A stretch of DNA of 10,719 nucleotides from positions 1-10,719 of the forward strand of contig NZ_MKGN01000021.1 in assembly GCF_002682985.1 (NCBI RefSeq), written 5' to 3'. Of the stretch, positions 1 to 7,675 are shown one piece after another. The stretch comes from Candidatus Tremblayella phenacoccinincola. Its GTDB lineage: Bacteria > Pseudomonadota > Gammaproteobacteria > Burkholderiales > Burkholderiaceae. Position 1 is the stretch's first letter, and the number at the start of each line of letters is the position of its first letter. The notes beneath the pieces were generated by a model. The model worked only from the letters and a program-made list of their open reading frames with translations, did not search any database and was not told the DNA's origin. Position numbers and translations under genes: made by a program.

Positions 1-233
1 AGGGTTGATAGTCTAGGAGAACAGCCTTAAAGTATGTATGATGAGGCTATCGTATATGTATGAGGCTAACGAAGCTAACGAAACAATGAACAGACTGACA
101 GCAGAACATACTACTGCTTTCCACCCCAACCTTCTCCGGGATACCTTTCCTACTGAGAGTTCCCACACATACTCCCTCACAAACATCCTCTTCTGTTTAC
201 TACTGACCCTAACTCCACTATAGAAACCAACCC
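1..233 (-). ncRNA. Candidate structured RNA: long imperfect hairpin of unknown family, possibly truncated by the left window edge
   Basis: GC is locally about 40-55% against under 30% in flanking genes, as in the tRNAs and rnpB here. Nested complementary segments are as follows. 2-7/228-233, 8-12/217-221 and 16-19/213-216 form the closing helix. 20-24 pairs with 193-197. 34-46 pairs with 175-186 (11 bp). 52-64 pairs with 162-172 (11 pairs). In the last helix, positions 60/166 and 63/163 are A.C on the plus strand but U.G wobbles on the minus strand, which favours a minus-strand RNA. A ccc-gg/tt-ggg hairpin (about 125-140) likewise only works on the minus strand. There is no long conserved ORF. 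I did not recognise a family. Confidence 0.3.
166..194. repeat. Direct repeat copy R1, 27/29 identical to 621-649
   Basis: Plus strand cacatactccctcacaaacatcctcttct versus cacatactccctcacatacttcctcttct at a constant offset of 455 bp. Each copy is internally a tandem pair of a 12-mer (minus strand AGGAAGTATGTG/AGGGAGTATGTG). R1 forms the 5' arm (minus sense) of the hairpin in 1-233. Confidence 0.85.
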
Positions 234-266
234 ATTAAAGAATCCCTATCCTGTGGTTAACCAATA

Positions 267-620
267 TAAAAGAAACTAATATAAGCTGGGTTCTGTATAT
301 TAAACATCCATTTATCTAGACTAATAATCTCATATTAGTTCAAGCATTCTACCCAACCCAATACGAGCAATACCTTTAGAACTTTTAGTTAGCTTTGTTT
401 CAGATGGAGCTTACATATATAGGCTGTTCCCAATATAATAGCATGTTCTTAGCATACCTTTCACCCTTACCTAAGAGGCGGTATAGTTTCTGTTGCAGCT
501 TTCGTAGATAATCTCTCCCAGCGTTACCTGGCATCTTGCTCTATGAAACCCGGACTTTCCTCTGCTTTAAAATATATATCTAATATATGCAGCGTCTGTA
601 TATTAAACCAAATAGATTCT
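267..620 (-). ncRNA. rnpB: RNase P RNA (M1 RNA), bacterial type A
   Basis: The minus strand carries the universal motifs in the E. coli order. These are GAGGAAAGTCCGGG (about 563-550), GCCAGGTAACGC, GGTAAGGGTGAAAGG, GTAAGCTCCA, GGGTAGAATGCTTGAAC, TCTAGATAAATG and ACAGAACCCAGCTTAT (296-281). A P1-like helix pairs AGAATCTATT (620-611) with ATTAGTTTCT (280-271) in 8 of 10 positions. The ends are approximate, about +/-10 nt. Confidence 0.9.
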
Positions 621-649
621 CACATACTCCCTCACATACTTCCTCTTCT
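621..649. repeat. Direct repeat copy R2, 27/29 identical to 166-194
   Basis: It fills the gap between the aspS stop codon (648-650, inside the repeat) and the predicted rnpB 5' end (620). Confidence 0.85.
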
Positions 650-2354
650 AATAACAAGCTCTATCTATTTCACTAGGAGCATTTAACATTAAGTCAGTTC
701 CAGAGTTGCTTTTTGGGAAAGCTATTACATCTTTAATACTTTCTGAACCAGCTATTAACATTAACAACCTATCTAACCCAAAAGCAAACCCAAGGTGTGG
801 AGGAGCTCCATATCTTAAAGCATTAAGTAAACAACCATAGGATACTTCCTGTTCTTTCTTACTAAGGTTTAGTATATTAAAAACAGCCTTTTGGTTATTA
901 AAACTATTGATTCGAACAGAGCCACTTCCTATTTCATATCCATTTATTACCAAATCATATGAGTTTGCAGCTATATCTATTGGGTCAACATTAGTTAAGT
1001 CTATGTTCTTTTTTGGAGCTGTAAATGGATGATGTGTAGCTATATACTCATTATTAGCAGCTTTTCTAAATAAAGGGAAGTCAGTGATCCAAACAGGAAA
1101 CCATCTTTTTATATGTATCTGTAAGTCTTTTGCTATCTTTTCTTTTAATATAGTTAAGAAGCTATGTTCACTGGGGTTAGTTAGGAATATAATAAATATA
1201 AAGTCATCAATATTAGCATTTGTATGCTTTATAGCTTTTATCAAAAGAGAACCAAAACCCAAGCTAGATTCTATATTAGCTTCATTAAAAGACTGTTTAG
1301 TTAGTTTTATCCATATAAAGCTTTGTTTATTAATCTTTTCAACATACTCTTTATATTCATTAACTTTATCTATTGTTAGGAATACATTATGAGGTATGTG
1401 TAATATCTTTCCTTTATAGTCTTTTGCGGATGTTGCGGCTGTTGTGTTTACATTACTAATAAGTTCTTTAATATCAACATATTCTAAAGGATTACTTAAG
1501 TCAGGCTTATCAGTCCCAAACCTAGATATAGCTTCTTTATAGGACATTCTATAAAAGTGATTTAGCTTAATGCCTTTAAACTCTAACCATAAGTCTTTAA
1601 CTAGGTCTTCTAATATAGCATGTAGCTTATAGACATTCATAAAAGCTGTTTCAATATCTAACTGAGTAAACTCTGGTTGTCGGTCAGATCTTAAGTCTTC
1701 ATCTCGAAAGCATCTTACTATTTGGTAATAACGATCATACCCTGAAACCATCAGTAACTGTTTATATACTTGAGGAGACTGAGGTAATACATAATATTTG
1801 GTTCTATGGGTTCTACTTGGTATTATATATTCTCTAGAGCCCTCTGTTGAGTATTTACTTAAATATGGTGTTTCAATATCTAAAAAGCCTTTTTGATTCA
1901 TATGCTTTCTAATATAGTTAATAACATGAGTACGTTTTATTAAGTTATCCGACATATAGTTACTACGTAAGTCAAGATATCTATGCTTTAGTCTTTGTTC
2001 TTCATTATTAGTCTTATATATATCAATAGGTAGTATGTCAGACTCATTTAATATAGAAAGACCTATAGCTAATACTTCTATATCCCCAGTAGATATGCTA
2101 TTATTTATTTGAGATATTGGTCTAGCACGAACTAATCCGTCTAATTGAATACAAAGCTCATTATGTAGTTTTAATGTCTTAAGAAAGATAGGTTTATTTT
2201 CAACCTCAATATATGCTTGAACTATTCCTTTTATATCGCGTAGTTCTAAAAATATTAGCTTACCAAGGTTTCTTATCTTATTTAGCCATCCACATATAGT
2301 AATCCTTTTCCCAATATGTAATGACCTTAGCTCTCCGCAATATATGGTGCGCAT
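648..2354 (-). CDS. aspS: Aspartate--tRNA ligase (class II aaRS)
   Basis: A 568-aa ORF colinear with E. coli AspRS (590 aa). Matches include N-terminal MRTxYCGxLR, FRDEDLRxDRQPEFTQ, HHPFTxPK, DLVINGYExGxGSxRI and GxAFGLDRLxML...IRDVIAFPK. AGGAG lies 9 nt upstream of the ATG. Confidence 0.97.
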   Translation of the reverse strand: MRTIYCGELRSLHIGKRITICGWLNKIRNLGKLIFLELRDIKGIVQAYIEVENKPIFLKTLKLHNELCIQLDGLVRARPISQINNSISTGDIEVLAIGLSILNESDILPIDIYKTNNEEQRLKHRYLDLRSNYMSDNLIKRTHVINYIRKHMNQKGFLDIETPYLSKYSTEGSREYIIPSRTHRTKYYVLPQSPQVYKQLLMVSGYDRYYQIVRCFRDEDLRSDRQPEFTQLDIETAFMNVYKLHAILEDLVKDLWLEFKGIKLNHFYRMSYKEAISRFGTDKPDLSNPLEYVDIKELISNVNTTAATSAKDYKGKILHIPHNVFLTIDKVNEYKEYVEKINKQSFIWIKLTKQSFNEANIESSLGFGSLLIKAIKHTNANIDDFIFIIFLTNPSEHSFLTILKEKIAKDLQIHIKRWFPVWITDFPLFRKAANNEYIATHHPFTAPKKNIDLTNVDPIDIAANSYDLVINGYEIGSGSVRINSFNNQKAVFNILNLSKKEQEVSYGCLLNALRYGAPPHLGFAFGLDRLLMLIAGSESIKDVIAFPKSNSGTDLMLNAPSEIDRACY

Positions 2355-2536
2355 TCCTTTATACTCCTAGAAGAGATTATATGCTGTTTGGATGATGTTA
2401 GTTCAGGCATTATATCTAAGAAGTTCTGACACCACTCTGACGTACATACTAAAAGCATACCGCATTCCTCCACATGTCTCGGGTTAAAGTCTGGTCTATG
2501 GTCTATGTTGCTTAGAGTCCAATAAAACCAATACAT
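2327..2536 (-). CDS. Hypothetical 69-aa ORF between tRNA-Ser and aspS; doubtful, possibly a gene remnant or leader
   Basis: The ORF is open, overlaps the aspS start by 28 nt, and I recognise no similarity. Composition is less AT-rich than neighbouring genes. It contains short tandem words (minus strand catagac-catagac-cagac; gtcaga..gtcaga). Confidence 0.15.
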   Translation of the reverse strand: MYWFYWTLSNIDHRPDFNPRHVEECGMLLVCTSEWCQNFLDIMPELTSSKQHIISSRSIKECAPYIAES

Positions 2537-2571
2537 ATTAAGCTACTAAACCTAACTAAACCATATATAGC

Positions 2572-2656
2572 TGGAGGAGTAGAGATTCGAACTCTAGAAT
2601 GCTTTCACATTGCTAGCTTTCAAGACTAGTGCCTTAAACCACTCGGCCACTCCTCC
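2572..2656 (-). tRNA. serT: tRNA-Ser (anticodon UGA), class II with long variable arm
   Basis: The minus strand reads GGAGGAGTGGCCGAGTGGTTTAAGGCACTAGTCTTGAAAGCTAGCAATGTGAAAGCATTCTAGAGTTCGAATCTCTACTCCTCCA. The acceptor is 7 bp, the anticodon loop is CTTGAAA and the T arm is TAGAG-TTCGAAT-CTCTA. The discriminator is A rather than the G73 of E. coli tRNA-Ser. CCA is not encoded. Confidence 0.93.
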
Positions 2657-2732
2657 GTATGGATTAATAAGCTAACAACCATTTCTAGAAGTTGGTATAT
2701 ATAATAAGAACTATAGACAGCCGGTATAGAAC

Positions 2733-3497
2733 CTATCTTTCTTTGATCTCCCATATAGTTAACAGTCTCTGTCGTAATATCTCAAATAAAAAGACTCCAG
2801 TGGCAACAGAGACATTAAGAGAAGCCACTGACCCAACCATTGGAATACTAGCAACTATATCACAGGCTTTATATATGGGCTTACGAATGCCTTTACTTTC
2901 ACTTCCCATAATAACAGCAATAGAACCTAAACCTAGCTTTAAACTATATATACTACTCTTAGATTTATCTGATGTTCCAACTATATATACTCTATCTTTC
3001 TTTAATATGTATATTACCTTAGATAAGCTACTAACATAATATATAGGGCTCTTACTAACAGAAAAGGTAGCTGCTTTTTTAGCTACTTCATTAAAATGAA
3101 CTGCCTTGTGGTGTGTTATAATAACTCCGTGAACACCAGCTGCATTAGCACTTCTCAAACAAGAACCTAAATTACGAGAGTCAACAATACCATCAAGTAT
3201 TAACAATAATAGCTTATTTCTATACATATATAACAACTCAGTAAAGCTATCTTTATTATGGTTTCTATTAGACCTAATATATGCAACAATACCTTGATGA
3301 ACAACATTAGCTTTTATATGCTTATAAAACCAGTCCTTATTAACTATATTAAAACCTATATGGTATCTTTTTAGCTTTAATAACATCTTTAAATGGATAG
3401 GCTTTTTACTTTCTAATATAGAAACATATTCAACCATATCGGGAGCTCTTTCTAATATGTTCATTATCACATGAATACCATATACTATAGCTGTCAT
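2733..3497 (-). CDS. rlmB: 23S rRNA (guanosine-2'-O-)-methyltransferase, SpoU/TrmH family
   Basis: A 254-aa ORF colinear with E. coli RlmB. Matches include N-terminal IVYGIHVxxxxLERAP, VHQGIVA, LILDGIxDxRNLGSCLRSANAAGVHGVI and IPMVGSVASLNVSVATG. Confidence 0.9.
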   Translation of the reverse strand: MTAIVYGIHVIMNILERAPDMVEYVSILESKKPIHLKMLLKLKRYHIGFNIVNKDWFYKHIKANVVHQGIVAYIRSNRNHNKDSFTELLYMYRNKLLLLILDGIVDSRNLGSCLRSANAAGVHGVIITHHKAVHFNEVAKKAATFSVSKSPIYYVSSLSKVIYILKKDRVYIVGTSDKSKSSIYSLKLGLGSIAVIMGSESKGIRKPIYKACDIVASIPMVGSVASLNVSVATGVFLFEILRQRLLTIWEIKER

Positions 3498-3593
3498 ATA
3501 TTGTGGTTAATAAGCTTTTATAGTTAGTTATTATATAAAGAATAAGCTGTCATAATTATAGTCATTATAGTTAATAACCCTTTATAGCTTAAT

Positions 3594-5210
3594 ATGGAAA
3601 CTACAATAATATCTGCTTCTCAAACTGGAAACTCTCGCGAGCTAGCAAGCCTATTATATAATGCTTTTATTAGGGAAAGCATAAAAACCATAAACTATAA
3701 AGCTTGTGACTATGACTTTAAAAACATAAGCAAAGAAAGGTTGTTAATAGTTATAACTTCAACATATGGAGAAGGAGAACCTCCAGAAGAAGCAGTTGAA
3801 CTATATAACTACCTATTTTCAATAAAAGCTCCTTTATTGATAAATACAAAATATGCAGTCTTTAGCTTAGGAGATAGCACATATAAACACTTCTCTAAGA
3901 TAGGAAAGGACTTCGACTATAGGCTAGCTGAACTAGGGGGTAAAAGAATATATAAAAGAATAGATGCTGATATTAACTATAAAGACGTGTTTGAACTATG
4001 GAAGAAAAGGCTAATAAAGCTATTAAAAGAAGAATATAATACAGCTGCTAATACAACTAATAATATAGCTCTAACCAATTCTAAGGTAAACCGCTCTAAT
4101 ATATGTAATAGAAGAACTCTATATTTAGCTAGCTTATCAACCATAAAAAAGATAACTAGTAACTATTCAATAAAAAAGACCTTCCATATAGAGCTTAATA
4201 TTGACAATGACATACCCTATATTCCAGGAGCTTCTTTAAGTGTTTTAAATAATAATGAAGAACCTTTAGTTAAAGAAGCATCTAAATACTTAAGGACTAG
4301 TATAGATGAATATGTATATATTAGTAGGAATAAAGTTCTTATTAACACCCTAATAAGATCCTATTTCGAAGTTACTCAACCTAGCTTAATAGTAATAGAA
4401 AAGGCTGTTATAGGTTCAAAATGTGATCATCTACAAATGCTACTAAAAAGCAATAACATTATAATAAATGCTATTAAACATATCTCAACTATAGACTTCT
4501 TAAGATATATAAAGCTATCTCTAAATGCTAACATCTTAATAGCTATTCTAAATAGACTAAAGCCAAGACTATATTCAATAGCTTCATCACAGCTAGACAC
4601 CAATAAAGAGGTTCATTTAACAGTAAACCTAATTGAATACAATATAGATAGCTATACAAGAAAAGGAAATACTAGTAACTACTTAATAAGATATGCTTCA
4701 TATATACCCAATCTTAAAGTAGCTGTTCAAAATAATAACAGCTTTTCTATACCCAAACCCAAGCATATGCCAATAATCATGTTTGGCTCTGGAACTGGTA
4801 TTGCCCCATTCAGATCTTTTATACTTCATAATAAGATAGTCTCTAGCTTTAAAAGATGTTGGTTATTCTTTGGAAACCCAAGCTTTAATAATGACTTTTT
4901 ATATCAAACAGAATGGAAAAGCTATATAAAAGCTAACATCTTAAGTAAACTAACTCTAGTATGGTCTAGAGATCAAGCTATAAAAACATATATACAAGAC
5001 CTTATAAGAATAAAAGAACATAATATATGGCTTTGGATAAAAGAACCCACAACCATCTATATATGCGGTAATGCTAACTATATGGCTTTTGAGTTAGAAG
5101 CTGCTATAATTAATGTCTTATGTGAAAACAATAACATATCATATATAAAGGCAATAATAATATTAAATATAATGAAAGCTAACCAACAATACCAAAAAGA
5201 TGTTTATTAG
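3594..5210 (+). CDS. cysJ: Sulfite reductase [NADPH] flavoprotein alpha-component, N-terminally short form
   Basis: A 538-aa ORF. The flavodoxin domain starts at residue 4 (IISASQTGNS; LLIVITSTYGEGEPPEEAV; FSLGDSTY). FNR-type motifs are present (RLYSIASS, GSGTGIAPFRSF, YICG) and the C-terminus is YQKDVY as in E. coli CysJ (599 aa). Confidence 0.95.
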   Translation: METTIISASQTGNSRELASLLYNAFIRESIKTINYKACDYDFKNISKERLLIVITSTYGEGEPPEEAVELYNYLFSIKAPLLINTKYAVFSLGDSTYKHFSKIGKDFDYRLAELGGKRIYKRIDADINYKDVFELWKKRLIKLLKEEYNTAANTTNNIALTNSKVNRSNICNRRTLYLASLSTIKKITSNYSIKKTFHIELNIDNDIPYIPGASLSVLNNNEEPLVKEASKYLRTSIDEYVYISRNKVLINTLIRSYFEVTQPSLIVIEKAVIGSKCDHLQMLLKSNNIIINAIKHISTIDFLRYIKLSLNANILIAILNRLKPRLYSIASSQLDTNKEVHLTVNLIEYNIDSYTRKGNTSNYLIRYASYIPNLKVAVQNNNSFSIPKPKHMPIIMFGSGTGIAPFRSFILHNKIVSSFKRCWLFFGNPSFNNDFLYQTEWKSYIKANILSKLTLVWSRDQAIKTYIQDLIRIKEHNIWLWIKEPTTIYICGNANYMAFELEAAIINVLCENNNISYIKAIIILNIMKANQQYQKDVY

Positions 5211-6900
5211 TAATAAGCCTAATATGTCTAATAATGAACTACTGAAAAAAGAAAGCAGCTTACTACGTGGGTCTATAGTAAAAGATATAGAAGCTAATAT
5301 AACAGGAGGCTTTAACTATAACAACTCTCAACTTATTAGGTTTCATGGTATGTATCAACAAGATGATAGAGACCTTAGAAAAGAACGTTTAAAACAAAAG
5401 CTAGAACCTTTAGTAACTATAATGTTAAGATGTAGATTACCTGGAGGCATAATAACTGCAAATCAATGGTTTAAAATAAATAAGCTTGCTACTGAGTCTA
5501 CATTGTATAATAATATAAGACTAACAACTAGACAAACGTTTCAGCTTCATGGTATTTTAAAAGCTAATATAAAAGCTATGCATAAGATATTAAACAAAAT
5601 AGAACTAGACTCTATTGCTACTGCTGGAGATGTAAATAGAAACATATTATGTTCTTTTAGTCCTAAGTCCCATATTAGCTATATTAACTGTTGGAGCTGG
5701 TCAATAAAGATAGCAACTCATTTACTTCCTAAAAGCAAGGCATATGCAGAACTATGGTTAAAAGATAAGAAAACAACCCTAATAAAAGATGAACCTATAT
5801 TAGGTAATAATTACTTGCCTAGAAAGTTTAAGATAGCAATAGCCATTCCACCAGTAAATGACGTAGACATATATTCAAATGATATTGGTTTTATTGCAGT
5901 TAATAAGCTAAATAAGTTAATAGGATTTAATATAATAGTAGGAGGTGGCTTATCTATTGTTCATAATGATAAACAAACATATCCAAAAAAGGCTAACGAA
6001 ATAGGGTTTATCTTCTTAAACGAGACATTAAAAGTATCAGAAGCAATTATTACTATTCAGCGCGACTATGGTAATAGAGTTAATAGAAAAGCTGCAAGGA
6101 CAAGATATACATTAGATAAAGTTAGTATTAGCTTATTTAGAAAAGAGATAGAAAAAAGAGCTAACTTAAACCTAAGCTATGTCTATCCTTATAGTTTTAA
6201 CAAACGCAATGATAGTATTGGGTGGCTAAAAGGAAATGATAAAAGCTGGTATTTAAATATATACGTTCAAAATGGACGTGTTGTTGATTATCAAGATAAG
6301 CTTCTAAAAACTGGTCTAGAAAAGATATCTAAAATACATAATAAAAGCTTTTGTATAACACCAAACCAAAATATAGTTATTACTGATGTTAGGTCCGTCT
6401 CTAAACCTAAGCTAGAAAGTATCATTAAAACCTATAAGCTAATTAACATAAAAGAGTCTATACATAAAAGAAAAGCAATGGCTTGTGTTTCATTTCCTAC
6501 CTGTCCTTTAGCTATGGCAGAAGCTGAAAGGTTCTTAGTACCATTTCTTAACAAGCTAGAAAAGATTATGCTTCATAATAATGTACATAAGGATTCTATC
6601 ATATTAAGAATATCTGGATGTCCTAATGGATGTAGTAGAAGTATGCTTTCTGAAATATGTTTAGTAGGTAAATCCATTGGGAAGTATAATGTTTATCTAG
6701 GAGGGAACTATGAAGGAACACGTATTCCAAAGCTCTATATAGAAAATGCTAATGAAAAAGATATCTTAAAAGCTATAAGCAAAGCCTCTAAAAGCTGGGT
6801 TAACAATAAAAGACCTAATGAACCATTTGGGAGCTTTATCATAAGAACAAAACTAATAAGACCTGTTATAAACTCATCTAAAGACTTTTATAGTATATAG
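5200..6900 (+). CDS. cysI: Sulfite reductase [NADPH] hemoprotein beta-component
   Basis: A 566-aa ORF colinear with E. coli CysI (570 aa). Matches include LIRFHGMYQQDDRD, TTRQTFQLHGI, LPRKFK, and the siroheme/4Fe-4S cysteines in ACVSFPTCPLAMAEAERF and SGCPNGC. The ATG at 5200 overlaps the cysJ stop by 11 nt. An alternative ATG at 5224 cannot be excluded. Confidence 0.95.
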   Translation: MFISNKPNMSNNELLKKESSLLRGSIVKDIEANITGGFNYNNSQLIRFHGMYQQDDRDLRKERLKQKLEPLVTIMLRCRLPGGIITANQWFKINKLATESTLYNNIRLTTRQTFQLHGILKANIKAMHKILNKIELDSIATAGDVNRNILCSFSPKSHISYINCWSWSIKIATHLLPKSKAYAELWLKDKKTTLIKDEPILGNNYLPRKFKIAIAIPPVNDVDIYSNDIGFIAVNKLNKLIGFNIIVGGGLSIVHNDKQTYPKKANEIGFIFLNETLKVSEAIITIQRDYGNRVNRKAARTRYTLDKVSISLFRKEIEKRANLNLSYVYPYSFNKRNDSIGWLKGNDKSWYLNIYVQNGRVVDYQDKLLKTGLEKISKIHNKSFCITPNQNIVITDVRSVSKPKLESIIKTYKLINIKESIHKRKAMACVSFPTCPLAMAEAERFLVPFLNKLEKIMLHNNVHKDSIILRISGCPNGCSRSMLSEICLVGKSIGKYNVYLGGNYEGTRIPKLYIENANEKDILKAISKASKSWVNNKRPNEPFGSFIIRTKLIRPVINSSKDFYSI

Positions 6901-6904
6901 CTCT

Positions 6905-7630
6905 ATGGTAGAACTAAAACATAGCTTTCTTTACCTTAATAAAGACCTAATAAAAAGAATAGCATTATCTCTAAATAAACAGCTAAAAGACTTAACAACA
7001 TTAAAAAGAGTAAGATGGTCATTTGAAACACTACCTCAAAAAGCCATCCTTTCTTCTAGTTTTGGTATACAATCAGCTGCTATCCTAAAACTAATAACTT
7101 ACCAAATACCAGGTGTTTATATAATAGTAATAGATACTGGATACCTATTTAGAGAAACATATAGACATATTGAAAAGCTAACCCTTAAACTAAACCTAAA
7201 TACATATATAAACCGCTCTAATATCTCTAGTAAATGGCAAGAGCTAAAATACGGAAAGCTATGGTCTAAAGGGAAAGAAGGCATTATCCTTTATAATAAA
7301 CTAAATAAGGTTAACCCAATGAATTATATCCTAAAAAAGCATAACATAAAAACATGGATTGCTGGCTTACGTAATGAACAGTCTAATAGTAGGTTTAAGT
7401 TATTAGCATTAACTATTAACAACAACATATTTAAGCTGCTACCAATTATTGATTTAAACGGACGAGACCTATTCTTTTTGTTAAGGAAATATAAGATAAC
7501 CTATAACCCATTATGGAATATAGGATATGTTTCATTAGGAGATGTTCATACTACTTGCGTATATAAAGTTGGTATGAAAGAAGAAGCCACAAGGTTTTAT
7601 GGTATAAAAAGAGAATGTGGCTTACATTAG
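6905..7630 (+). CDS. cysH: Phosphoadenosine phosphosulfate (PAPS) reductase
   Basis: A 241-aa ORF colinear with E. coli CysH (244 aa). Matches include SSSFGIQSA, DTGYLFxETY and the C-terminal KRECGLH with the catalytic Cys. The Fe-S cysteine cluster typical of APS reductases is absent. Confidence 0.95.
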   Translation: MVELKHSFLYLNKDLIKRIALSLNKQLKDLTTLKRVRWSFETLPQKAILSSSFGIQSAAILKLITYQIPGVYIIVIDTGYLFRETYRHIEKLTLKLNLNTYINRSNISSKWQELKYGKLWSKGKEGIILYNKLNKVNPMNYILKKHNIKTWIAGLRNEQSNSRFKLLALTINNNIFKLLPIIDLNGRDLFFLLRKYKITYNPLWNIGYVSLGDVHTTCVYKVGMKEEATRFYGIKRECGLH

Positions 7631-7675
7631 CTTACTAATCAACAAACAGCTGTTCTTCAATTAGAACATTCTTAA

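Noticed and set aside
13-186. 57-codon minus-strand ORF (MFVREYVWELSVGKVSRRRLGWKAVVCSAVSLFIVSLASLASYIYDSLIIHTLRLFS). It has a basic patch plus one hydrophobic helix and resembles a type I toxin-like small membrane peptide inside a highly folded mRNA.
   Set aside because: The ATG sits inside repeat R1 with AAGAGG directly abutting it, so there is no spacer. Codon usage is unlike the rest of the window, and I recognise no family resemblance (not Hok, Ldr or TisB-like). I keep it only as an alternative explanation for 1-233 and cannot fully exclude it without conservation data.
38-223. 61-aa plus-strand ORF from the track (MMRLSYMYEANEANET...)
   Set aside because: It lies entirely within the GC-rich structured segment. 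It has no recognisable domain, no Shine-Dalgarno, and a composition unlike the real genes. The GCT AAC GAA GCT AAC GAA run looked briefly like a tmRNA tag. However, there is no nearby stop, no ...ALAA ending and no T-arm or acceptor.
1-233. Assignment of the structured segment to tmRNA, 4.5S/SRP RNA, 6S RNA, a CsrB/C-like GGA sponge, a TPP/FMN/glycine riboswitch, or 5S rRNA
   Set aside because: There is no tRNA-like T-arm or acceptor, so it is not tmRNA. There is no GGAA-tetraloop/AGCAGC domain IV core, so it is not SRP RNA. Riboswitch cores are absent, and only a chance CUGAGA is present. I count about 9 GGA motifs on the minus strand, roughly twice the composition expectation, and they are not clearly in loops. 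6S cannot be judged by sequence alone. None of these is supportable by eye.
292-608. Perfect 14-nt direct repeat tctgtatattaaac at 292-305 and 595-608, both inside rnpB (RNA sense GUUUAAUAUACAGA near the 5' and 3' ends)
   Set aside because: It is borderline for chance. The 3' copy includes the conserved ACAGAA element, and the 5' copy lies where E. coli also has ACAG. As a direct repeat it cannot pair. I treat it as a curiosity of the rnpB sequence rather than a separate feature.
1084-1392. 102-aa plus-strand ORF antisense to aspS
   Set aside because: It is a shadow ORF inside a well-supported gene, low-complexity and Ile/Leu/Phe-rich as expected for the antisense of AT-rich coding DNA.
2692-3039. 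115-aa plus-strand ORF antisense to rlmB
   Set aside because: It is a shadow ORF with no recognisable motif, and rlmB on the opposite strand aligns over its full length.
3498-3593. Divergent rlmB/cysJ intergenic region with repeated words (aataagct x2, ttatagtta x2) that might be promoters or a CysB-type site
   Set aside because: In DNA this AT-rich, -10-like and repeated AT words are expected everywhere. I cannot single out a credible -35/-10 pair or a regulator site by eye.
7645-7654. 10-bp perfect palindrome aacagctgtt in the cysH-tRNA-His spacer, followed by gttc...gaac
   Set aside because: It is too short and loop-less to be a terminator. It contains the over-represented AGCT core. There is no U-tract and no recognisable operator context.
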